A DNA stretch of 64,000 nucleotides from Balanoglossus misakiensis. Its lineage: Eukaryota; Animalia; Hemichordata. Each line of letters opens with the position of its first letter. The first letter of the stretch is position 1. Both the position numbers and the translations under genes were made by a program. The notes beneath the pieces are model-generated. The model saw nothing but the letters and a program-made list of their open reading frames with translations, was not told the DNA's origin and made no database searches. This document shows, in pieces, positions 40,998-52,500 of the stretch. The stretch is from assembly GCA_040954595.2 (NCBI GenBank), contig CM082595.2:1490635-1554634 (forward strand). Reading direction: 5' to 3'.

Positions 40998-42087
40998 ATG
41001 CACGTTCACTGACTCTGATGTACAACCAGCTTTAATATGTCAAGCATACATCTTGTGATAAACATGATATTTAACATTAAAAGAGATGAAAACATGTTTT
41101 TTACCTGGCTGTACCCTCTCATCTTTGCCAACGCCACTGAAACCAGCGGATTAAACTAAGGCAATCTTGATATAAAAAGGGGACAAGCTTTGACTGAGAG
41201 TAGTGTGATTAGCACCAGTATGAGAAGTGTGCGTCAAAAGGAAATCCACTTATGATGAGTGGTTAACAGCTACGAATATGACATGAAGAACAGAGGGTAT
41301 GGAGACATTGACAGGATATGGCATATGGAGAATGGTGGGATGGGGTGGAGGGTTCATCAGGTTGGCACAGAGAGGTGTGGTGGGCTTCAGGTGGGGCAAA
41401 TCTAGAATGATTATTATAGATGGAGGATGGGGCAGATGTGATGGACAGCTGGAGAGGGTGCAGAGGTAGAGTTTGGCAGTTATGACAACTGCTTTGGGAA
41501 CAACAAGAAAAAATACCATAACAGATGACAAAAGATATGTGGTTTAAGGAAGATGACAACTTCTACTTGCAATTCTTTCAGAAAATATTTACTTTCAAGA
41601 ACGATAAAACATATGATTAAACATGACAGAAAACATGGATGAAGTAATGCGGTTATTGTAACCAGGTTACAAGAACAAGACATCAAAAATATAATGTATT
41701 GGTTGCATGACTGTGTATGGAACAGTCTAGATCGCAGTTGTTTAGATAACACAGCTTACATATGAATGACAATTTGCATGTATCTACCTTGTAAAGATTT
41801 TTCTGGGCAGTGATACTGGATGTGTCGAATAATGATGATGCCTGCATCCGGGGTCTACAACATCCAGGCCAAGATTGCAACTTGTCTAAATGTTTCAATT
41901 CTAACAATTACAATTTCATGTATAAGAGACTTTGCTACATTATTACATGTGCATTTTATCAAAGCTACACTGTATCAATCATGGTCCCTTTTCCTCTCAT
42001 CCTGTAACAAGTACAATGCATTATAAATGCATTTATTTGGTATTTGAAACAATACCTGCAACACTGTAACATTTTATGTTATCCACT

Positions 42088-42200
42088 GTAACAATGTATC
42101 ACTTTATGCAAGATAGCTACAAAGTATGATTTTATGAAAGTAGTTACAATGTATCATTTATGGAAGATAGCCACAATGTATCATTCTGCGCAAGGTAGCT
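42088..42200. repeat. About 27-bp tandem repeat, 4 copies, in the SEC62 3'UTR
   Basis: ACAATGTATCA.TTTATG.AAGATAGC repeated with divergence. Confidence 0.75.
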
Positions 42201-42265
42201 ATTTTGTGAACACTGTAGCAGAGTAAGATTCAGGGTGAAGTTACACGGAATTTGAAAAAATCTTA

Positions 42266-45228
42266 TCATGACCGATTCTCCGAGTCTGATTCCTCTAAAT
42301 CTTCAGTTGCTGCAGTGACATCTTCTTCGTGAATTAAAACAAAGCCTTCTCCATTACCGCTCCCACTGCTGCTATCTTTCCTTTTAGAATCTTTTTCTTC
42401 GTCTTCTTCCTCCTCCTCATCTTCCTGTTCCGAAACATTCTCCTCTCCATTTCCTTCATCATCCTTATCAGCTTTTCCGTCATCTTCAGAATCTTTTCCA
42501 CTTTCTTTGGCCTCGTTGTCGTCTTCCTCTTGGTTTTCTTCATTTTGTTTGTCCTCCTTCTCCTTTTCTTGTTCTTCTTCTGTTTTTGATTTTGAAGAAA
42601 CAACATCGTGGGTGTAGACTGGTTTGAATGATTCTAAAATGCCAACATCTGCCATGAGGTTCGGGAAGAGCCAAAAATGATGTTTTCCAAATGAGAGGAT
42701 CCAGATGAATGCAAACAAGATACATCTGACTGTAAATGAAGAGATACATAAATGAATTGTTATCATTTAATCATCAAGCTGCATCACACATTCTGTGTTG
42801 TCTCATCAACAAAAGATCATGTCATATATACCACTGATGGCGCTGCATCAAGTCTCAGATCAGGAAGTCGGTCCAATGTTCATGCAATACTCAGTGTGAC
42901 ATCAATATTTTACATGATGCAATCAGACTAATATCATTTTTAAAGAGAAATTAGATGAGCTTCATTTCAGATATTTTACATGTTGTTTGAAAATGATTGT
43001 GGATTGACTTACACACTGCTAGTACAAGGATGGAACCAACAAGACAAGCCGCAACTAGACTGATGTAGTAGGTCCCCAGTCTCATCCATGGTGGCCATAG
43101 CGGGAACAGACACACGGCCGCAGCACCTATCACTGTGTGCCAAAAGAATATCAAAAGAATGTCATTTACTCATAAGGTTTGACCTCTATAGAGGGAACTG
43201 GGGATGAAAGGGTTAAAAATGATTGGTAATCGCTTTGTTTAGATAAGTTGATAACTTACCTAATAAAAGTCCCATGATGAAAGTCTTGGGATGAGTTGGA
43301 TCATACACCCACACATAGGCCTACAAGAAGACAAACAAGATTCATAAGTTACATGTAGGCAAATATCAAACAGATTGATAATGCATATTAAAAATATCAA
43401 AATACAACATGAGCTATATTTAACATACATCACTGCCGTCCACAAATATCTGCTCCTCGTGTGGTTCCAGTTTAAATTTTCTCTTCACTGCTTTCAGTTT
43501 TTTGCCGGATGGTGTCTCTTCAGCCTCCTGTATAACAGCAATGTGGGAAATTATCAAGAATATTCATACTTGTTGTTGTTTACAGACAAATAACAACAAA
43601 ATCAAAAACTTCATGTCCTCACCTTCTTAATTTCCTTTTTCTTCTTCTTTGATTTCTTAGTTTCTTCACCAGCATCTTTTTCTTTCTTCTCATCTTTCTT
43701 TTCCTTCTCTTTCTCTTTTTCCTTTTCTTTTTCCTTCTCTTTCTCCTTCTCCTTGTCTTTATCTTTCTCTTTTCGCTCCTTGATCACTTTCAGAGCTCTA
43801 TAAAACAACCCTTTCTGAAGCAATCTGCAAAGAGGAAAGGTACTCGATTATTTGCTGGACAATTTTTCCACACTCTTTTTCCTCTTCTATGTAAAATTGA
43901 ATCACCATGTAAATTTATCCTTAACTTTACTGTAAATATTATTATGTTATTATGTACTCACCCATCCAGATACTTCACAACTGACTGCCTTGTAGTAAAT
44001 AAAGTATTGTCACCTCCCGTAGCCCATTTGGAATCCAACATCATATCGACAGCTTTGGCAGCTGATACAAAAATTGAGAAAATATCAGTTATGTTAGCAA
44101 CTCTGAAATTTGAATAAAAGGCAAGTTCCTAGTTGCACAGTATGATTTCATAACTGAAGAGTGCGGTCAACCTTCAAAATTTGGCTTGATTATCTACCTG
44201 TGAAATACTCAGCCTGCTGTCCATAGATAGTTGTCTTCTTGGTGGATACATTGAATCGCAGATGCTTAGCAATTGCAGTCTCCTCTTTAGTTGGCTCTTC
44301 CTTCTTGGTTGGCTGTAATCATGAGTTGGCCACAGGTTATAAACTTAGTACCTAGTTGTATATGTTTTGCAAACCATCATATATTGTAATTTGCATCTTC
44401 ATACAATACAGATGACTGTTGATGACCTGACCTCTTTAAATATAAACAACCTAAAAATATCAGGGTTGTTGCAGTCTGTTTCTATTCTGGACAGATGGGC
44501 CCCTTAACAATCTTAATTTATTTCATCAATGATTGTGATGCACTTGGTCTAAGAGTTGGTAATGGGGGACCCTATCAAGCCTTTTAAAAAAGGGTGGCCC
44601 CCTAATAGCAACAGAGGGGGGGGGGGGGGTGTACTTTGACAACCATGCTTTGTTGTCAATGGGGAATCCCCTACCACCATTCCAGTCTCTGTTGACGTGA
44701 TGTTTCAATTTCAACAGCAATTCACTTCATAGGAGAGAAGTTAAACTCTAATAATTCATTTTTCAACTATCTTAAATATTACGATGAAACTTGAGCAGAC
44801 CTCACGTAGAATCCCATAATCCATATCACCCAATGGGCAAAGAGCAACTTTGTTTATATGAATTCATGTTGCAGTTTACATTAATTTATACACTCAAATA
44901 ACTCCTGACAGAAAATTTCATAAGACTGTGAACGTGACATCTTAAGCACCAGAGTTTTGTGTGTTTCATTCATGTTTCAAAGTCTTTTAATACTTCCGTT
45001 GCAGACAAGTCACTATCATCTCATTCTCAGGGAATGACGTTAGCATCCATATGTCCGCATTTTTATACAAATCGTACGCGTAGCGTAGATTTAAGTTGCT
45101 CATATCATACAGTTTCATTGAATGGACATCTATGAACCATAAATATCACCCAAAATTAAGTCAACACAAAGAATTGAACTAAAACTCACGTCTTTTTTCT
45201 TCTGCTTGGTCTTCCTCCGGTCAGCCAT
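42266..45228 (-). CDS. SEC62: Translocation protein SEC62 (399 aa, complete)
   Basis: Exons 45190-45228 (MADRRKTKQKKKD), 44198-44312 (..AIAKHLRFN..EYFT), 43962-44061 (AKAVDMMLDSKW..), 43623-43824 (LLQKGLFYRALK + KE repeat), 43429-43527 (..KFKLEPHEEQIFVDG), 43260-43320 (AYVWVYDP..), 43013-43132 (CLFPLWP..), 42266-42729 (HHFWLFPNLMADVGILESFKPVY + acidic tail). Total 1200 nt, in frame. Confidence 0.97.
43173..43216 (-). mobile_element. Half copy of the 93-bp MITE in a SEC62 intron
   Basis: TAAGGTTTGACCTCTATAGAGGGAACTGGGGATGAAAGGGTTAA matches one half of the element. Confidence 0.75.
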
Positions 45229-46188
45229 TTTGCCCAATAACACGTATAAATACCCCCTAAGTGAATGGTGAAAATCGCCCTGGTCCGCCTCTCACAGATT
45301 TCCTCAATAAAAGTGAAACAAAAATACACAAAACATACATATAATTGACCAACGGTCATTAACATCTAAAATGGGTTGATGTAACATACAAGGGAAATAA
45401 AATAAGTGGTAAATAACAGAAAGTGGAAGTATACGTATTGAAGAAAAACCTGAGAAAAGCGATGTAAAAAGTTATGAATTTGAGAAAAGCGCATGTAACA
45501 TCGTAAGAAGATGTCATATACCTAGATTTTATTGTATGTACAGATGGATTTGCAAATAAACTTCAAATACATTTGTAATGGTTACCATGGCTACCGTTTC
45601 GATGATCCCCCAGTCACCTATAAAAAGGATATAACCGGGGATAAGACAAAACAATTAACACCTTTGGTAATTAACATATAACGGGCGAATCTCTTATGAC
45701 GTTGAGGTTAAAGGTCACAAGTAGTTTACAAAAATGGCGTCTCGTTGCCTGGCAAGAGTTTGACTCAGCGATATCGTAATATGCTTCTGCATATGAGTCA
45801 CCAGTTTTATGAAAACGTAGACTTCTCCAACTGGTACCCCTGTATTTAGCTGACGTCAGGTACATGCCGATTATTCTATAGACTAACAGGATTGTTCGTA
45901 ACTGTATACACGCGTATTCTGGTCCAATACAATCAGTGCTGACCTTGTTTATGTACCTGCTTTATATACCTGTATTGCATTCCTTTGGCGATATTTGGAC
46001 GGATGTCCTTGGCTTGATCGAAACAGCTCGACAGTGAAGTAGTTTATGCTCGGGGTTGATCTTGCATCTTACTGTTTGTACGTAGAAGCGACAGAGATGT
46101 ATGTTTTATATTTGTGATCGGAGCTAAAACCATAGTACATTTCATAATCATATATATTTCACAACGCCAGCCTCTTTCTGCATCGCAG
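45229..46188. promoter_or_regulatory. Divergent (head-to-head) promoter region of SEC62 and the hillarin/KY-like gene, including that gene's probable non-coding exon 1
   Basis: Start codons at 45228 (-) and 46506 (+). Donor CAG|GTGAGT at 46189. Motifs: X-box-like GTTACCATGGCTAC 45581-45594, YY1-like AAAATGGCG 45731-45739, GTTGCCTGGCAAG 45744-45756, CRE TGACGTCA 45851-45858. Confidence 0.6.
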
Positions 46189-46505
46189 GTGAGTTTGGAT
46201 CGACTGATCGAGTTGCCAGTGAATTCCTTTCACACTTGCATATCTCATGTATCTTCCAGTTAAATATTTTTCTTTTAGTGTACTAAGCCTACGTGCTAAT
46301 ACCTTTAATAATTTCGTTTCACATCCAAATACTCAAAACAACGTTAATGAGGAAATATTATTTGAAGCTGTTGCCTGTCCAGATTATTTATGACTTTGTG
46401 TCATTCTATTACTGTAATAGATCCGGTTCACCCGGAGGTGTGAGACATCTAAAAGACTGAGCGTCGACTAAATAGAGATATTGTTGAGATTTTGAAAGTC
46501 TGATC

Positions 46506-49500
46506 ATGGGGAGCGGAGGGTCGAAAGGAGGCCAAGCCACCAAGGGGAGTGAAGTGGTTGCAGATGTGATCTTACCTGGCCAGTCACAGGCAGTGAAGGT
46601 CAGGGGCACAGTTGCGCAGCCGAAGAAATCAACCGATGGTGAAGCCAGTGCTGCGACGGTATCCACATCAGCGACACCATCTTCGCGACCACATACAGCG
46701 AGCAGACCCCAATCTGGAAGACAGAGTAAGACCCCGATTGTCGACACCGGTGGAGCCTTCCATAAGCCGTCAGCGATGATGTCAGGATGTGACGAAATTC
46801 GACCCAAGTCAGCATCTTCAGCGAAAAAAGGGACAGCCACAGTAACAGAAGTGGCACCAAATAAATACACAGTAGAATATGACAACCAGGTAAAAGCACT
46901 AAATTTCAAATTTTCAAATAAATTTTCAAATTTTTGTACATTCCACAGCTATTGATAGACTTTCCTGTTCAGATTAAACACAACATACCAGTTAAGGACG
47001 GGATGAATCCAATAGGGGGGAGTTTTACCCGAAATAATGTCCATTTTATATTATATTTTAAATTTAAGGTTATCGACATCACCAGTAGTGACTTTTCATC
47101 ATTCCTGACCAACGCTGCAGAAATGAACGTGACAAATAAAGAGAATATCACAAATCCACTCTTGGAAGAAACACCCGGAAGAAGTTTCCAAGTGCAGGTG
47201 ATGGAACCCAAATCTGGAGGTCCACTACAAATTCAGTTACAGCAACAGGGTGGTGTTACTCTGGAAGATTTAGAAGATGACATTGAAGAGATTATTGAAC
47301 CACTGTCTATCATAGAAAACCATGAACCAGAATCTAAGAAAACAGAAAGAAAAGAACAGCTGAGACAGGTAAGAAAATCTATTGTCAAATTGTTTAAACA
47401 AGCAGTTAACCCTTTGCATCACATTGCTTGACCTATGACATCATTCAGTTGTTTATCTTCTGAGGTTAAAATCGTACATAGTTGTGTTGCTATGTAACAA
47501 TGTTAGCTACTGTTTGTTTTGCGTGAATCATTTGCTTGGATATTGTATATGAATGATGAGTGTAAGTCCTCAACATCAAACACTCCCCTGTCATTCATGA
47601 TCAAATTATTGCCATACACAACTGGGAGATCTGACCCAGATAACAGTAAAACATAATAATGTGGGTAATAAATCTGTATTTTAACTCTTTACTTCCTCAA
47701 AGTTTAGTACCTGAATTACCACTGATCACTTGTCATGGCAGTCAACAAACTCTGTTAAAATTGTGGCTCTTATCAATCACAGATGTTAACCGTGTTGAAA
47801 ATTAATAAAGAAAAATAATTTGACATCTGACTAAAATCATACTGTAATTTGAATATTGAAGGCTTTACAGGTGAAAAAGACACAGTTATCAAAGCAGGAG
47901 TATGAGCAGATGATAGCCAATCACAAACAAGAAATGGAAATCATGGAACTGATCAGGTGAGGAATTGATAACAGATGTCATATATTCACATATTTGTGTT
48001 TAAATAATAACATCGTGTGATAAGATTTGTAAATGTAATTTTTCAGGACCAAGGAAAAGAACCGGCATAAAATGTCACTGGAAGAAAAAATGACTCAAAG
48101 AAAGTTACGTAAAACAAGAATGGAAGCTGAGCAGAGACATAAAGAGTTATTGGAAGTGGAACAGGTGTGTATTGGTCATGTGATGATGCTGAGGGTCAAT
48201 AACTTGTCATGTGATGATGCTGATACGAGGTCTATAACTTGTCATATGGGCATCATTTGGCTTAGAAAGTGGGGCTGGTTGTAGGTTAGACCCCAAAGTT
48301 ATGGTCTGTTGGATCATGAGGAAACAAAGAAAAACACTGACCCAAAAAGCATTCTTGACAACTTGTACTCATTATTACCTGTGTGATATCTGTAACTGTT
48401 CTCTGTAATATTCTGTCTGTATACATAACTTCAATCTTGCTGTGACTATTTCCCTAACAGTTCTCTCTTATTTCTAACTCTGTTGCTTGTTAACACTCTG
48501 ATCATTCTCTACAGGCAGTTCAGAAAACCTTGTTTCAGGTTAGTACTGCACTAACTGCTATGTTTTTCTATCTTTGGTTTTTGCTAATCCTTTCTGTGTG
48601 TCTCAGTTTCACTTCAAGCAATGCTCGCTAAGTTGTGTCAACAGTTATGGCAACCCTACCTATATATATGCAATATAACATCAGTTAATGCCACTATATA
48701 AAGGTGGCCACTGGCACTAACACAGCTTTGAGTGCATTTTGTTTTTCTGATTTTCATTTCAGGACGATGCTGAGATTGACGAGAATAAAAGGAAGGAAAT
48801 TGAAGCGGAAATTGCCAAACGGAATGCAGCTTTTGAACGTGATATACAACTGAAGAAACAACAGCTATCAGAGGCAGAGTATCAGCTGATCTTGGCAGAA
48901 CACAAACAGAATATGTTGGAACTCGCCAGAGATTTTGAAAGAAATGAAGCGAGACAGAAACAAATTCTGGCCGAAAAAATTGCCAAAAGAAAAAAGAAGA
49001 GAGCTGCTTGGAAAGCTGAGAAAGAAATGAAAGCAAAACTGGCTGTAAGTAAAAATGTTTGTTTTATAGGAGATCTCTTTATTTCTGTTTATGGCAAGTT
49101 TTCAGAGCTTTCTAGAAAATTCACTACAATAAAGAAACATTCATTTATCCTTTCATGGTCCTGTGATATTCTTTTTGTTCACACAGTCTGATGTGGTGAC
49201 AGATGCTATTGTATCGATAGACAGTGGATCAGACAATGATGAGATGGATGTGGTTGCTGATAGAATTAAAAGATTAACTCGTGAAATTGACAGAAGAGAA
49301 TCTACCTTCGTGAAAGAAGTTGCCAGCAAAAAGCGAGAACTTTCTGAAGAAGAATATCAAAGGTAAATTGGTAATTGGTCATGAAATATTTGTGGTGTTA
49401 TGTGTGTGATCGCGGGTACATCTTATAATATATTGACTTCTCAAAACACTCCTGACTTGTCTCGTGGTATTTGTCTTTTCCAGACTTGTAGAAGCACACA

Positions 49501-52500
49501 AGAAAGAAATGCAGCGATTGGTTCAGAAATTATCCCGGGATAAAGAGCGACAGTCCAGGTCATTACAAGAGAAACTCGGAGCAAGGAGAAGACGGAAACA
49601 ACAAACAGAAGTAAATATTGTGGCATACTAGGGCTGTGAGAGAGTCTAGTGTTCGGTTCAACTCTTTCACCCCCATTTCAATGTATACAGGTCCAACTTT
49701 TCCATAGGAAACAATGGGGTTGGACTGAACTATTGCGGTGAAAGGGTTAAACCATCAATACTCTGTTCGATTTCCAGGGTGACGAAGCACAGATTGCTGC
49801 AGCTGAAGCAGCAGAGGTTGAATTGCAACTCAGTCGACTTCAACGGAATTTTGAGGAAGACATGAAACGAAAGAGACCACACATTTCAGAAGAAGAGTAT
49901 CAGAGACTTCTCGCCGAACATGAAACGGAAGTGGAAAGGTTGGGGAAGAAATTGGACAGGAATAAAGAAAGACAGAGATTGGCGTTGTTGGAGAAATTAG
50001 CCAACAGGAAGAAGAGAAGGGATATGCAGACGACAGAAGATGAGGAGAGAGCAAGACTCCTTGCTGCAATGGTGAGTTCTTCGTCTCAGTTGTGCGTCAG
50101 TTACCTGTAATACTAAGATAATAAGCTTCATCTTAGTAGCGAGGTAATATGTGCATATTTTTGTTAACAGAAAAGTAAGGAAGTCTTGTCAGAGGACCAA
50201 CTGCAGCTCTTAGAAGGTGACATCAGACAGTACAAGGAAGAATACGAAGACGATTTGAATAAGAAGAAGCCACAACTCTCTCCAGAGGAGTATGAACAGT
50301 TAATGGAACAGCATAAACGAGACATGGAAGAACTCGATGCAAAGTTGCGAGAAGAGAAGGCAAAGATGAAGAAGAGTTTGGAAGACAAGATAGCCGAGAG
50401 GAAAGGAAAGACGAAGAAACGGGGACAGAAAAGTACACCTGTGAGTGTTTGCGTGATGAATCGATGATGTCTATGTCATCGGGGTGCATGTGCGACACTG
50501 ATTGATAAATTTTGTCATTTAAATACCAGTACACATTCTAAATGTACCTTGTCATTAGTGTTGAATTTTAATTTTTTGCTTTTTAACATAACATAATCGG
50601 ATAAAGACAAATTATGTTGACGCTGTATTCTGTTTTCTGTTCTAACTCAAAAACTTTTCACTTTCATTTTCATTCAGGAAGATGCAGAGCTCCAAGGAAT
50701 AGAGGATGAAATTGATGACATTGAGTTGGAGATAAAAAGGAAACAGGAAGAATATGATGAAAAGATGAGGAAGAGAGGAGAATTCTCTGATGAGGAGTAC
50801 GCCAGACTTGTCGCTGAACATGAAGAGGAGATGGAGAGATTGAGAAGAAAACTTGAGAGACAGAAAGACAGACAGAGACAAAAACTGATGGAGAAGATCG
50901 CGGAGAGAAAACGAAAGAAAAAGATGAATGCAACTGAGGAGGAACAGCGAGCTAGACTTCTGGCTGCATTGGTATGTTTGTGGCAGAATCTCAGATGTCT
51001 TAAGTGTCCTAAGATCCATAATGTTTGAAATAGTTTATCCAGAATGGTTGCATGCAATCTTTGTATCAAATGTAGTGGTTTTCTGGAAAATACCAAACAT
51101 TGATGAATACATTATTCTCTGTATCACCAAGATATTGTTATTATATTTTTGTAGAAAAACAAAGAAACTCTGAATGAAGAGCAACTCCAAATGTTACATG
51201 AAGACATCGAACAGTACGACCAAGACGTCTCCAAAGCTCTCACTAAGAAGTTTGATAAGGGAGACATCCCGCAAGCAGAGTTTGAGAGTTTGATGAAGAA
51301 ACATCAACAGAACATGGTGGAATTACAAGCCAAGCTGAGACAGGAAAAGAGTAAATTAAACGCTATGCTTGCTCAGGAAGTAGCAGCCATGAAAGGAAGG
51401 AGGATAGTAAGTTATTTCAAAATTAGTCAATCAAATTGTGGAGTGACTGTGATTCAATACAAGAACATATGATACAGTATGTCATACCACAGTATAATTA
51501 TAATGCAGCCAGTACACAGTGCAATGCAATGCAGTACAGTACAATACAACACAACACAATAATGATGATAATATTCCGTGTGCTCTTCTGTTCACCTTTC
51601 TCAAACAAGTAAAATCTCCAACTTCTGGAAAAGCTTTATAGTTTTATTTCTTATCGAGTGCATCTTTTATGATTTCTTTACCAGGAACCATCAGAATCTG
51701 AAGAGAGTGATGATGAATTCAACGTAATACCCGAATCATCTGCCACAGAAACGCAGCTGTGGACAACACCCGTACAATCCACAGCTATGGTCATGATGCC
51801 TTTGTTAGATGAATATCCCGTCAGAAAGAAGAAAGAAGTGTATACTGATCCAGCTATCTTCAGAGAGTTAGATGCACATGCTATTAGGGTAAGACAGTCA
51901 TCTTATCGATCGATCAATCAAGCTTTGCGTTTCTTATGAAAACAGTTTTACAGTCACAGTCAGAAGAATGTGTAGCATTTTAACATAATTAATAATGTAG
52001 ATGATAGTAGATAAATGAATTTCTTTCTTACTTTTTTCTTTCCTGTTTAGGTAGCACAGACTGTAAGCCTTGTAATGGAACCAACCTTCTCATCCATGGT
52101 GGACACATTGGTAGCTCCGGCACAGTCGGAATTGGAAAAGATCCGGTTGATATTCCGTTGGATTACAGCTCAGAATTGTCAGGAAATGGATCTGCATGAT
52201 GCCGTCGATGATACTCCTCTGGGAGTCTTGAAAGGAATTTATGAACACAAGATTACATGGTCTACGTTGTTTATGAGAATGTGCAGGTAAGTAGTGGTTG
52301 ATGGTTAGTGATTAGACACTCCATAGGGGGAATATATGACATGCTTAGCTGGCCTTTTGTTTCGCAGTAAATGCATAGTAAAGGCAATAGATCTACCTGG
52401 CTTGTGATAATATCATGGCCAAATGGTGTCTATAATGCAGGTTTGTCTACGCAGGTCATTGTCAGAAGTTACATGATTTCAGAGGAAATTAATAGCAGTT

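Noticed and set aside
41250-41559. His/Pro-rich ORFs downstream of SEC62
   Set aside because: Produced by a degenerate GGATGG-type low-complexity tract in the probable 3'UTR.
1162-41907. Dozens of 60-120 aa ORFs in the ORF track
   Set aside because: Intronic or intergenic, often TTG/GTG starts, no recognisable motifs. Only those overlapping RERE exons (8030-8230, 8975-9181, 28686-29021) are partly real.
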